From Octopus bimaculoides (taxonomy: Eukaryota), in NCBI RefSeq assembly GCF_001194135.2, contig NC_068982.1, positions 122,974,007-123,038,006 of the forward strand: 64,000 nucleotides of DNA. The letters run 5' to 3'. Positions 24,655 to 37,607 of the stretch are shown in pieces (within the stretch, counting starts at the first letter, position 1; each line of letters opens with the position of its first letter). The notes under the pieces are model-generated. The model was not told where the DNA came from, did no database searches, and worked only from the letters and a program-made list of their open reading frames with translations. A program made the translations under genes and the position numbers.

Positions 24655-26634
24655 CATCATCATTTAACGTCCGTTTTCCATGTTAGCATGGGTTGGACAG
24701 TTTGACCGGGGTCTGATCTGGCAGTGTTTCTACAGCTGGATGCCCTTCCTAATGCCAACCACTCCATGAGTGCAGTGGGTGCTTTTTACGTGCCACTGGC
24801 ACGGAAGCCAGTCAAGGTGGCATTGGCATCGGCCACGTTCGGATGGTGTTCTTTACATGCCACCAGCACGGGTATCACAACTACAATTTCCATTTGATTT
24901 TTATTTTGGTGTTGATGTACTTGACTCAAGGTCTCCTCAAGCAAAACAGGGCACCCTATGATCCAAGGTACTTATGTGAAACTGGTGTAGGGTATGCCGT
25001 GAACTCACTTTATTTGTAGGGACTTCGCAGTCACAGCATATCTCTACAGGTCTCGGTCTTTCGTCATTGCCTCAGTGAGGCCCAACATTTGAAGGTCATG
25101 CTTGACCATCTCATCCCATGTCTTCCTGGGTCTACTTCTACCCCGGATTCCTTCAACTGTTTGAGAGTGGCACTTCTTCACACATCTCTCCCATGCATCC
25201 GTAGTACATGACCATACGAGCGCAGACGTCTCTCTTACATGCCACATCCGATGCTTCTTATGTCCAACATTTCTTTCAGGATGCTTACACTCTGTCGTGT
25301 GTGCACACTGACATTACACATCCAACGGATCATACTAGCTTCATTTCTTTCGAGCCTATGCATGTCCTTCGCAGTCATGGCCCATGTTTCACTGCTGTGA
25401 AGCATGGCAGTTCACACACATGCATCGTACAATCTACCTTTCACTCTGAGTGAGAGACCCTTTGTCACCGGTAGGGGTAGAAGATTTCTAAACTTTGCCC
25501 AGGCTATTCTTATTCTAATGGTAACACTCTCTGAGCATCCACCCCCACTATTAACTTGGTCACCTAGGTAGCGGAAGCTAGCAACTACTTCTAGTTTCTC
25601 CCACTGGAGTGTGATGGAATCTGTTTTCTGAGCATCTGTGGTGTCTATTGTCCCTGTGCATCTGCTGCATACAAACAATATCTTCTCGGTTAATCTTCTT
25701 TTAATGTTTCTTTTCTAATTCTGGTAGTGTTTCTGCTATGAGGAGCTCCCAGGGGCAACCTGTCTTGAATTCCTCTGTTACTGCCTGGAGGACTATGATG
25801 AATAAGAGGGGACTGAGGGCTGCTCCTTGGTGGACCCTTACTTCCACCTAGAATTCTTCACTATACTCATTGCCAACCCTAACCTTACTAACGGCATCTC
25901 TGTATAAGGCTTGTACAGCCCTTATCAATCATTCGTCAATCTCCAGTTTCCGCATCGCCCACCAGATAAGAGATTGGGGTACCCTGTCAAAGGCTTTCTC
26001 CAAGTCCACAAAAGTCAAATATAGGCGGTTTATCTTTGGCTAGGTATTTCTCCTGCAGTTGCTGTACCAGGAATATAGCATCAGTGGTGCTTCTCCCTGG
26101 CACAAAACTGAACTGCATCTCATCTAAGCAGACTCTCTCCCTAATGAGATGGGCTATGACCCTCTCCATGACCTTCATCACCTGATCCAGCAGTTTGATA
26201 CCTCTGTAGTTATTTCTATCTAGAGCATCGCCTTTACCCTTGTAGCAATTGACTATGGTGCTGCTATGCCATCATGAACTATCTGGTTTACAATGCGGGT
26301 GACTAGGCCATAGCCCACACCACCAGATGTTTTAAGCATCTCAGCAGTGATTCCTGATGGGCCAGGGGCTTTTCCTGGCTTCATACCCTTAATTGCCTTA
26401 TCTACCAGGGAGCTGTCTATTTGGATAGCTGGTCCCTCTACTGGGTCAACATTTGGCAGGCTCTCCTCCTCCCATTCATTCTCCACATTCAGCAGTCTTT
26501 CATAATGGCTTCTCCAAACCTTTCTTTTCAGTATCATTAAAAGCAGGTGCACCGTCATCCATGCGAACACATTTCTCTCCTGTGACATCACAATTTTCTC
26601 TCACACACTGTCTTGCAATCCGAAATACCTCAGT
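24655..26634 (-). mobile_element. 5'-truncated RTE-clade LINE: RT, C-terminus, 3'UTR and (ATG)n tail
   Basis: PGKAPGPSGITAEMLK, NYRGIKLL, QFSFVPGRSTTDAIF, FRYLGD, RGRSRPRKTW; tail at 24655. Frameshifted and non-functional. Confidence 0.9.
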
Positions 26635-28884
26635 TCAAATTTTAACACAAAGCCAGCAAATTTGGGGAAGTGGCGAAGTCAATTACATCGACCCAGTGTT
26701 TAACTGGTATTTATTTTACCTACCCCGAAAGGATAAAGGCAAATTCAACCTTAGCAGAATGTGAAGACAGATGAAATGCCACTAAGCATTTTGCCCAGTG
26801 TGCTAACAATTCTGCCAGCTGACCACCTTAATTATCTTAAAACATTGCAAATCCATCAAATATCTCAAAATGAGAAATACATTTTTTTTTTTGTTGTCAA
26901 AGAAGGCATTTGCTTAACTCTTTTGAGACAAACCTACTTGTGACTGCTTACTAGTTCTATAATACAAGCTTACTGTCTTAAAGTGATTTAAAACACTCCA
27001 TCAAAATTTCATGAAGATAATGGTCATGGGGTCCAATGAATGCCCATTTGTTCTATAACCCTCTATAACAAATAACAATTCACACTGTTAGCTACTTCAT
27101 TGCAAAAGTTTAAAAAATACCAGTGCTCTTCATGCATACTGAACTGCATTCTAATTTACTGTTTTCCTACATACCAAACAAGGTCACGTCCCTGATGCAG
27201 GATTTTTGTGGCCCCTGCAACAAAGTAATTCCTTAATCTTCGTAATTTCATATTTAATTACTACTGTTGCCTTTTCTCTTGGTCCTTTTTGGAGTAGGCT
27301 ACCTATCCCATTCTTATGTGTTTTACAATCTGTCATAGTGAGATGTACATATATCAATATTATTGATCGTAAGTAAATTCTTACCAGTTATAACATTTCT
27401 CTCTGTTTCACAATTCAATACATTACAACTATTATCCTCTTCACATAAAACACTGGTGATTTGCCAACTTTACTGTGCCAAAATGAGATCAAGTTCCCTC
27501 TTTCTTTCACTCATTTTAAGTTACTAGCTTAGCTTTAATAGTTTTAGCTGTTATCCTATATATTCTGTTGCTCAGTGCTTAGTCAAGCCACTGTTTCAGT
27601 TTCAATACCAGTAAGATTTGGTCATTAAGAACTCTCAACTATCCTCTATACTATATCAGTTCTCCATCTCTTTATAAGCATTAGCAAGTTTCTACACACT
27701 TCATTACCTAATATGTTATCTTAATACTTTCATTTCATTTTTCAGCCCAATGAATAATGTAATCACGTACTTTTTCAATACCTTCAACATGTGGAGTCAA
27801 CAGAAACAATGAAATGCCTTATGGTACATTCTGAAATTGAATTTTTCATTGTGATCAATTTTGCCTTTCATCACTCCAGTGTACAAATGAATATCAGTAA
27901 TATACCAAGCTTAATTCAAATGACCGTAACCATTCCCAACATTTAACTTCCAGCCTCCACAAATAGATGGAAAATATTATTTTGAACCAAAGAAGGAAAC
28001 CCTACATAGTCATTTTGTAAAATGAGATAGTACAGTCCAAGATAAACTAGGCCTGAAAAAGAGATAGGGTTGACTAAGCTGATAAATCTTTGATCATAAG
28101 TCAATAGGACTGATGAGGGGCTAAATAAAAACGATATCTTGTGTCTAAATGTCTAGAATTTGCTATTAAGTTTATTTTTCAGACTATGAACCTCATCTTT
28201 GACAACGAAGCATTGTCTATACTACATTTTGATCTCTGAGGCCATTGATGCATATACAATTACTGTAATTCATCTGAGATGGAACAACTCAAAAGAACTG
28301 ACTTGAACCATGATGACCTGTCTAACCTATACCAGCATAGAAAGGTATGCATTAAATAACAATGATGATAATTTTTTCCTATAGAAAGCCTGAATTTCTT
28401 TGATTTTTGTGGAGTGGAGGTAGTTGATTGCACCAAACCAAATGTGCAACTAGTACTTCATTTTATCAACTCCAAAGGGATAAAAGGCAAGGTCAACTTT
28501 GGTGGAATTTAAACTTAGAATGTAAAACCAGAAAAAAAAGCAGTCAAGCATTTTGTCTGACATGTTAATGATTCAGCTAGCTCACTGCCTTAACAATGGT
28601 GATAATAATGATAATGATGGCATAGATGCAGTTATGTTCTTAACATTTCTCAATAAGTTTGACTTTGCTGAAGAATCTACAAAGTGTGATGTTACTTCTA
28701 AACAGTTCTGACGCCTTTATGTGTATTTCAGAAGCTCTGAATTTTCTCAGACAGATTCATGCAGTAAGGTAGACAAACAGTAGATTTTGCTTTAACCCCT
28801 ATGCTTTAGATTGGTTGTAGGTCTTACATAATGGGTCTGATATTTGTTATACAGAAATGCATTCTTAACTCATTTCTCTATGTA

Positions 28885-30083
28885 CAAGGGGGAACTGAAA
28901 AGTTCATAGGCTGATTATGAAGGAGTGATGCTAGAGCTGTAAAATCTTACAAGCATTAATTTCAACCTTATTAATAACTGAATTGTTTCTTTTCAGATAA
29001 GCTCACATCTGATTATTCAAGGAAGATTTCAAAAGTAACTAGTAGCAACTTCTCTTCAAAGATCCACAAAATTTGGTACTGTCTGGTCATTAAATACCTG
29101 CAAACAGAGAGGGTTTGGCTCCCAAGGATATTCATGTTGACATTAGGCTACATTAGGGGAGGACACTCCAGCTTTATTAAAAGTGCAAAAATGGGAATCC
29201 GAATTTAAAAAGGGCAGAGAGAGTCTTGAATATGACTCAACATCTTGATGTCCTGCAACTACCACCACCAAGGAAAACATCCGTGTTCACAACATGGTGA
29301 CAGTTGACAGGCGACTGACTATAAATCAAATAGCCAATGCTCTTAGCACAACCTGTGAGAGTTGAGAATACTCTGCACAATGAAGTTGACATGATGAAGG
29401 TTTCTGCACAGTGGATGACACGTCATCTGACACTTGATCAAAAGTGCACCAGGCTGATCACATCACGGGAAAATCCTGCATTGCTTCAGGCAGATCCAGG
29501 TGGTTTCCAAACCTAGGATGAATGTTGGCTTCATCACTTTGATCCAGAGACAATCCATGCTGTGGAAACACCCTTCCTCACCTGCTCCAAAGAAGGTCAA
29601 CGGCCTTTCATCTGCAGGGAAGATGATGGCCTCAATTTTTTGAGAAACAAGAGGCACTGTGTTTATTAACTATCTTCAAAAGGGCCACACCATCAATGGA
29701 GGCAATTACAAAAATCTATAAAGACCATACGTCCAGGAAAACTGACAAAAGGGGTCTTGTTTCATCAGGTCAATGCTCCAGTAAAACAAGTCCTTGCTTT
29801 CAATGGGTTCTGTGCATGACAGTGGCTTTGAACTGATTGTTCACCCTCCCAATTCTCCTGATTTGGCCATATCTGACTCATCTATTCACCAACATGAAAA
29901 ATTACTTGGCTGGAAACCAGTATTGCAGTGATGAAAGTTTCTTCACCAATGAGATCCAAGAACTGCAACACTGAGAGAAGAAGCATGTGGACCACAAGTG
30001 GGACTATGTTGAAAAATAAACCTCATTTGTCACATTCCACGAGAGTATTTTGGTCAGCCTATGAACTTTTCAGCTGACCCTTG
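28885..30083 (+). mobile_element. Near full-length decayed mariner element
   Basis: TA target sites at 28883-28884 and 30084-30085. TIRs CAAGGGGGAACTGAAAAGTTCATAGGCTGA / TCAGCCTATGAACTTTTCAGCTGACCCTTG. Transposase remnants (VIKYL...PKDIH; HPPNSPDLA) with many stops. Confidence 0.85.
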
Positions 30084-30267
30084 TATAAGATGATACACCT
30101 TGAATCCAAACTGGTACTCTGCAATAGACCTGGATAATGTTTAGCAATCAAACTAATCAAAATGTGGTCCTGATGTAAATATTTAAACAAAATTTCATCA
30201 CTAAAGGTTAGTAGTCAAGAAAATTATTTATTGTATCATATATATATATATATATATATATATTTCA

Positions 30268-30521
30268 TTTATTTATATAAGGGCATTACTATATAATAAT
30301 GCCTCACGCTATGAGGGACTCTAAGGTCAGACTACCATAAAAAACACATTTTTACCGAACGCGAGGAATCATGATCTATAATTCAGTCTGTTTTTAAGGG
30401 GTTGGCTTTGAGAGTTGCATTTCCTCGCGTTCGGTAAAAATGTGTTTTTTATGGTAGTCTGATCTTAGAGTTCCTCATAGTGTGAGGCATTATTATATAG
30501 TAATGCCCTTATATAAATAAA
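30268..30521. mobile_element. Palindromic MITE: 101-bp inverted arms and a 52-bp spacer, in TA-rich flanks
   Basis: 30268-30368 matches the reverse complement of 30421-30521 with 3 mismatches. Confidence 0.8.
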
Positions 30522-30627
30522 AATATATATTTCGGGAATAAATGATGGATTTTTTCCCTTATGAGGTTTTTTTTCATGCTAGCTACTTGATAAATTCTTG
30601 TAAAAGAATTCGTCCTATTATTGAATT

Positions 30628-30659
<32 letters not shown>

Positions 30660-32236
30660 CATACATATATCTCCATTATAAATTTAAATCTTACAAGACA
30701 AGAAAAAAAGTGTAACTAAGTATTTACAGGAATGCTAGTATCAGTCCACTTTAAAAAAATTATCTATATTAATTAAATTTAAATAACTGTATTATGAATT
30801 AATTAACTGATGTTCAAAATAAAGTGATAGTAGCCATAGGTACCAACTTGAGTCAAAAAAGAAACAGACCTGCTGAAAATTATATTTTTCTAAATATGAG
30901 AAATTTTACTTCACATAATCTTGAGAACATTTATGAAAATAAGACATCTAGCATAAAGAATCTAAAAAAATACAGAGTCAGATTCAAATGAAAAAAACCT
31001 AAAAATAAAATCAAAAGTCACTTCAATGACTACCCAACTATCATGCTGTAAATATTTAACTATTTGAAATATAGTAAAAAGGAACAAAAGGAATGGAAAC
31101 TAGAGATCAAACAAAATTAAGTTCTTAAAGGAGGTTATTAGGTAAAACAGCTCACCAAATATGTAAGTATTATAAATTATATTTATTAAAAAAGATCTCG
31201 TGTTAATTTGAAAGTAGTATTATTAATTTAGTCAATTTCACAAAGTTTATAACTTTAATACACACCTAAAATGTGATGGTAAAGAATAGTCTAAAAGACA
31301 ACACAACTGAGTAAATAGCTATTCACAAAACCACAAACACAAATAGCTTAACAGAAGCTATCTAAGGATCTAATTCCAGGGTTTTTCACATAAACACCAC
31401 TCGATCTATCTTAGTTTACCTACATTTCCATGCAGATTGCTGACAAGCCATGACCTTACCCCCAGCACAATGGTGATATATAAGATGCATCAAAAGTCTC
31501 ATTTCTGGAAGAAAAGGTACACTCACATGGTTTAAAATTGGGCAACAAACAAGAGCATCAGTTATATTCTAATCACATATATCGTTCTGATGCAGTCATC
31601 TTAACAATAAAACTCAGAAAATAGAACAATCTTCATGCAACCTTTTCAGAAGTTTAGAGAAACTATTTGGTAACCTAAAACTTAAGTGTTTAGATTAATC
31701 AACTCAATAATATACTGCTACAGTGATTGAATAATAGCTCAAAGGTTAAAATCCAAAAAAAAAAAAAGTTTCAGAAAAAGAAAAGAAATATAAACATATT
31801 AGTATGTCATGTTTTCAACCACTTCTACATTTCTTTTTTAACAACATAAAAATGCCAGCAAAATATATACTTTGACCTTTGGTTTCTGAAAAAATATATT
31901 ATAAATTACAAAATAATTATGGTCAAATTCTAGTAACACAATGGGACAAATGAATGTAATTGGAACTTTTCTTCAATAAAGAAGATGGGAACAAATAAGA
32001 TAGTTGTCTATGGAGCTGTCACAAACAAATCCAAAGTGGTGAACCAGATCCTGCAGATAACCTTGTCCTAACTTTAATCCACGAAAAGTCAAATGATAAC
32101 AGCAGACTTTGGGCATCACATAATCAACAGACTAAACAGAAACAATAATAAATAACCTACAACCCAACAAGAAAGCATTTATGTTACTTGAGCTGTGGAA
32201 AATAAAGTCAAATTGCCTTCAAATCATACATGACCA

Positions 32237-32241
<5 letters not shown>

Positions 32242-32281
<40 letters not shown>
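32242..32281. repeat. Poly(A)40 inside a dispersed repeat (related copies at about 37190-37380, 43050-43215, 58700-58880)
   Basis: Direct reading. Shared flanks ...AATCACACC/ATCATAC... and ...GATCTGCTCAA...GGGCTAAA(C/T)AACAAC. Confidence 0.6.
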
Positions 32282-32283
<2 letters not shown>

Positions 32284-32490
32284 AAAGACATATTTGATAA
32301 TGTCATCATAAATACACAATGTCAAAAAAAAAAAAACCCTTGTTATGGCTGGAACATCATCGGTTGTAGATCTGCTCAATTAGGGCTGATCGGGAGCTAA
32401 ATAACAACTAATGGTAACTGAAAAACAGCTTGAAGATAACTGAAGGTGTGATATCCACTGACTAAGATAGGAATGGAGGAATTTCAACCA

Positions 32491-32860
32491 TGTTTCGTAG
32501 TCTGCTACCACAACAGCTCCTTTATAGGATCCAGTTAGCTCAAGACATCATCAGGAGGAACCACGTGCGGTTTCGGCCCCTACTCCTCTACCGTTTTGAC
32601 GTGGCACCCCCACCCCCCACTTTCGGAGGTGTCTTCAGCTCTGGTGTTGGGTGCATGTCTTCTTTCTTCTATTTCCTGGCTTCTTCGATGCAGCATCAAC
32701 GTGTCAGCGTCCGACTGACTGTCTTGTCAAATTCCCCTTTTTATACCTGCTGCTAGGCTCCAGCAAGCTGCCACAGCAAGTTGTCACGTGACACTGTCTA
32801 AACTTTAACTGATAATGGAGGGCGCGTAATCTTAGCCCACGCCCTCCATTATCAGTTACA
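32491..32860 (-). mobile_element. Unclassified 370-bp GC-rich insertion, solo-LTR-like
   Basis: TGT...ACA ends, TATAAAAA on the minus strand at 32745-32738, perfect 19-bp hairpin at one end, CpG-rich compared with its flanks. No clean flanking TSD. Confidence 0.4.
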
Positions 32861-33570
32861 TGCCTCAATTAACTCATCTAAAGACAAGAATCACTTTGAA
32901 AGTTGAAGGGATTAGTATCTAAAAAAAAAAAAAAAAAAAAAAGCCACAACAATGCCTGCAAATATCTATGCTTGAAGGACCAGCCAACATATTGCAAATA
33001 CAGGAAAAAAGATACATCTGAACACCAAACAGACATTGGACTTTTTCTTTTGAAGTTAGATGCTTTATATTTAACTGTATACAAGAGAAAAGCAAAAAAA
33101 GAATTATGAATATAAAGCTAAAATTTATACAATGAAACCACATTCTCTTCACTATCATACATGAAGCTTCATTAACTAACAATCACAACCCACCAAAAAA
33201 GTAAATATTGAGGAAAGACAAAGTTGATTAAATTAACCCAGATACTTGAAAAAATTTTTTTTTTTTTTTTTTTTTTAATCACAGACTACTGAAGGATAAA
33301 AGGTAAAGTTGGCCTTTGCAAGATCTGAACTTAGAAATGAAATACTGAAGATGATAAACCAAGTTTTGTTTTGAAATTAAACTAGAATTTGACCTATCTA
33401 ATATTGTAAAGATGGCAATATATATAGAAAGCAAAGAAGTATATAAGACAATGGTTTTAGGCATCCAGTGAGTTTCAACTGAAATAAATAACAACACTGA
33501 TGCAAAGAAACTGTTGGAATAGTCATCATAAGAATAACTACCATCACTGTATAGCTTTAAATATTCTAAC

Positions 33571-33658
33571 CTTTGCAGGAGCTTTTCAGCCTCGGCTTGA
33601 TCCACATGTAATCCCAAATTTTTGAAGGATGTGATGATTTCTGACACATCAATGGCTC
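33571..33658 (-). CDS. SLC25A25: SCaMC coding exon 3 (EF-hand 3)
   Basis: Acceptor TTTTAAG|GA, donor CAAAG|GTTAGA, 88 nt, phase 1 to phase 2. (G)AIDVSEIITSFKNLGLHVDQAEAEKLLQ(R). Confidence 0.95.
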
Positions 33659-35991
33659 CTTAAAAATGGAAAAATAAGTAGGGAAATAAAGATGTATTAA
33701 ATAATTTTTTTTTTTAAAAAGGAAGAAAACGAAATAGTACATATATATATATATATATGTATAAATACAAAATCAGAAATGTAGAGTATTGAAACTTCAT
33801 TTGCCGTACCTGCCATAAAAAAAAAAGATTTTTGTAAGTGGAAAATTAGTTATCAAAAAATTTGATATAAAAATACAAAGGAATCGATATTTTCATATCC
33901 TAAGTGAAAAAATATAAAGTTTTGAAAAAGTAAGGTTCTAATTAAAATAAATTACATTCATCCTGGAAGATACAAAATATAAACAAAACTGTGTTCCAAA
34001 ATTTTTCTATTAATTCTTATATTGCAAACTGGTGCTATTTTATGGTTGTTTTTGTTAAGATCCAGACCTATCTTTTCACCTTCTTCATAGAAGTATTAAC
34101 TAATGTTTGTTTCTGTTACTATGAGGACTGTGTTGCCTGCATAATGAATATTGTTGTTGGTGGTGTTTTGTCCTGTCTATATACCTGGATTCAACAGTTC
34201 GCATAATTATTCCTCTGCGAAAACATCTGAAAGCTTCGAGACTACAGGTTAAATTCAATGGACATTGCATGAGAACACAAAGCCTGAAAACTTGGTAATA
34301 GCCAAGAAACTGAAAGAAACCACTGTAGACAAGATTCTTGATGGCCTCAATAACCTGCTAAGCCTAACCACCAGATGTACGTATTCTTTACCTTCGCCGT
34401 GTAATGGACAGAACGGGTTGGAAATCCATGGTTACTGATGTCTGTAAGCATAGCACATGAAGATAAATGTAGAGCCTGTACATGCTCATTTGACCTGGTA
34501 AAAATAGTACACGTTAGATTATATATTTTAAGGTATCCTTAAAAAAGATGATCACGACCCGAAACTAAACAATTTATACAAAAAGAAAAAAATATAAATT
34601 CTAAGAAAAAATTACCTTCAAGTGATAATCAAACAGAATATACATATTCCATTAAAATACTTTCGATTATTAACTTCGTACAATAATAAAAGTAACAATT
34701 TCTTAATTAGCTTTTAAATATATAGAGTGAAGTTGTGACGTCTAATGCAATTTTTATAGGACATTATCAATCATCAAATAAAAAGAAATAGAAAACTACG
34801 ATAAAACCACTTCGTACTCATGAAACGTTGTTGAAACGGTTGCTCAACGGACGCTCACGACTGCCAGTAATTCGTGCCATTCAAAATAAGGGAGATAAAT
34901 GCAATTCTCTCCCCTACAAGTATAGTTGGGTGTTGGGGGAAAAAAATACCTCAACATTTTCATTTTTAATAAATTAAACTAATTACTTTCTAATATTTGA
35001 GGAAGGTTGTTTCACCGTAGTTGCAACAAGAAACGATCACTCTGGATACAATTCACAAACTAAAACTTATTTAATTCCATATATCGTGTATTCCAGGTCA
35101 GGAAAATACCACAAAAAATGATAGTAACAATAAACATTTCACCCACAAACAATCAACTGATGATTCTTTTACCTCTAAAATCGACCCTTTCATTGAATAT
35201 AAAACTGTACTAAGTGACAACAGGATTTATTTTTCCAATACAAACAGATTGAGCATATCTATGCAGCATAATTTCACTATATATCCAGTTCTTGTGCATA
35301 CCAACTAGGTACTGTCAAAAAGTCGTTTTTGGTCTTCTGTAGTTACACCTACATTCCAATTCCAGTTACTTTCAGCAACTTTGACTTGATAGACAGGGAT
35401 TTATATAAATATTTTCTCTTAGATAAAGCTAGAAAGCAAACAATACAGCTTATCAGCAATGTTAAACTTTATTATGACATCAACTACACAATGTTGGATA
35501 AACAAGCTCAAATTTGCTGGAGCAGGATATAGCAAGTAAAACACCTATTTTTGAGATGGTATTGCCCATTATCCAGAGTCAGAACTCAATACATTAGTTC
35601 TTTAAAGATAATAAGCAGTTTGTCGAGAGGTAAGGCTGCTAACTTGAGCTGGTCAGTAAAGTGATGTTGGTTTGTCACAAATATATTACTATATCGGTCA
35701 GAAAATATGTAATAATAACATAGATTTTTACTTAAAATGTGAAGAAAAATAAAAAAGAGAGTCATGAAGTATTCAAAGTGAAATATAAGAAAAGATAAGA
35801 AATATACTCTATCACTTAAGAAAACTAAAACACATTCAATATTGCAGTTGAATGCAAAATTACATGTTACAGAGTTTTCTTTTTCCTAGATAGATGCTGA
35901 AACAAAGATTAGGGGGTCTCTCACTCCCAGCTGTTAGATGGCTGTTAAGTTCATATGTTCTTTGGCAGGTTTTGTCTTTCATCTTGTAGGG

Positions 35992-36259
35992 CAGTGCTAC
36001 TCAAAGTGGTGGTTTGCGGACTGACACCGGTCCACAGCAAGTTTCCAGAAAAGAAAGAAACATTATAAAATGCTTATGTAATATTGTATTATTTGTTTAC
36101 AAAAAACATAAGATAAAAAAGTTGACAACTTTTATTATATTCATTTTATATATTGTTTCTGGTACAAATTAATATTACTAAGAAATATTACCGGTACCTG
36201 GCACATTGGGGGGGGGGGGGACTGCCGGTATGCCACATCAGATATTTTGAGAAGCACTG
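35992..36259. mobile_element. hAT (Charlie-like) MITE
   Basis: TIRs CAGTGCTACTCAAA / TTTGAGAAGCACTG. 8-bp TSD TTGTAGGG / CTGTAGGG with one mismatch. Confidence 0.8.
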
Positions 36260-37014
36260 CTGTAGGGTATCCAACGAAAACCACCCTTTTTGCCTGCTTG
36301 GCAGGGTTGCAGGTTTAGTTCTCAACAGCCTGATTATGTAACAGGTTGTACTTGGTTACATATTACTATTGGCACTAAGAGTGACCTGACATAGTATACA
36401 TACACATACACAAAAGACTGCTAGTTTTTATCAACCAAGTTTCACTCATAAGACTATAGTAAAAGACACTAGCTTAATGTACGAAGCAGTGGGATTGAAC
36501 CTGGAACATGAATGCATCAATTCCATCTACCACTCTCTATTTCTAAGTACTACATTTTGCTAACAGAAAGTGATAAAATAGGTATTTTAACTTCAATGAA
36601 ATTAATTCTGCTCGTAATTTTCATCATTATTTGATGTCAATATACCTTCCTAATGTTAAATGACATAAAGAGCTAACTTTTTGTTAGCTACCTGTTATTT
36701 TGTTGTCTAAAAGCAACATGGTGTGATGATACCTGAGATACCTGAAACTACTATAGATTCAAATCTAAATCTGAGATATGCATAAACATTCAAATCTTTT
36801 GTACCTCTGGCTTATAAACCTAAGGCTTATGTCTATGTATGGAAAACAAAATATCTGATAATTTTACTCAAAATGTCAGTTTGTAGTGGAGGGTTTGGAG
36901 AATATTCCACAAAATTATTATAATAAAATGGCTTAATGGGATGAAGTAACAGTTTGGGACAAACCACGATAAATTAATGTTTTACAACAATTTTCATTTA
37001 CAATTTGGTACTAA

Positions 37015-37048
<34 letters not shown>

Positions 37049-37480
37049 GATTACGGAATGATTTGAGGTCTAGATCAATAAAATGTTCCAAACATTATTT
37101 AAATACATGTAAATATTCATTAATGATTTCATCTGACCATATTCAATTTTTAGAAATAATTTCTTCAGAGATAAGCCAATAAGGGAGGCTATGCAGCCTC
37201 TTCACCTACTAAAATAGCAGTTAAATCTATCTCCCTTGAATCACAACCTATCATCTTAATAAAAAAAAAATGACACATTAGATCATATGTTGCTCCATAT
37301 ACCCCTAAAAAGTTAGGATGGTCTTGGTGGAATACTTTTGATCATAAGCCTGTTTGATTAACTTAGGGCTAAACAAGAACTACAGAAATGGCTGTTTCTC
37401 ATTGCAGAGCTCCTGAAGAAGAGATAGTTGAACAAAAGTCAAGAAATCGTGTAGAACAAAAAGAATAACTAAGCACTTAC

Positions 37481-37607
37481 CATCTTGATTTGTATCGATG
37501 TTACGGAAAAACAGCCGCAGTTTCTTCTCATGTTCAGCAACATATTGGACAAACTCAGCAAAGTTAACTTGACCATCTTTTGACACATCTGTCTTTTCAA
37601 AGAATCT
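37481..37607 (-). CDS. SLC25A25: SCaMC coding exon 2 (EF-hand 2 and start of EF-hand 3)
   Basis: Acceptor TTTCATCAG|AGA, donor GATG|GTAAGT, 127 nt. RFFEKTDVSKDGQVNFAEFVQYVAEHEKKLRLFFRNIDTNQDG contains the SCaMC-typical HEKKLRL.F...D.N.DG motif. Confidence 0.95.

Noticed and set aside
32491-32640. Two CTGANGA heptamers on the minus strand (32638-32632, 32554-32548), each followed by GAAA, suggesting hammerheads
   Set aside because: I could not close stem II and stem I properly for either. Not supportable without a covariance-model search.
34820-35035. GTTGCTCAAC and GTTGCAACAAGAAAC as RFX X-boxes in the candidate internal promoter
   Set aside because: Spacing and half-sites do not fit the canonical 14-bp X-box well enough to claim.
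364-37588. Overlapping +1-frame ORF of about 72 codons across spliced exons 2-4 (MCQKMVKL...MAL)
   Set aside because: GAT-G codon pairs in Asp-rich EF-hands create +1 ATGs, and an open frame of this length is plausible by chance. No family resemblance.
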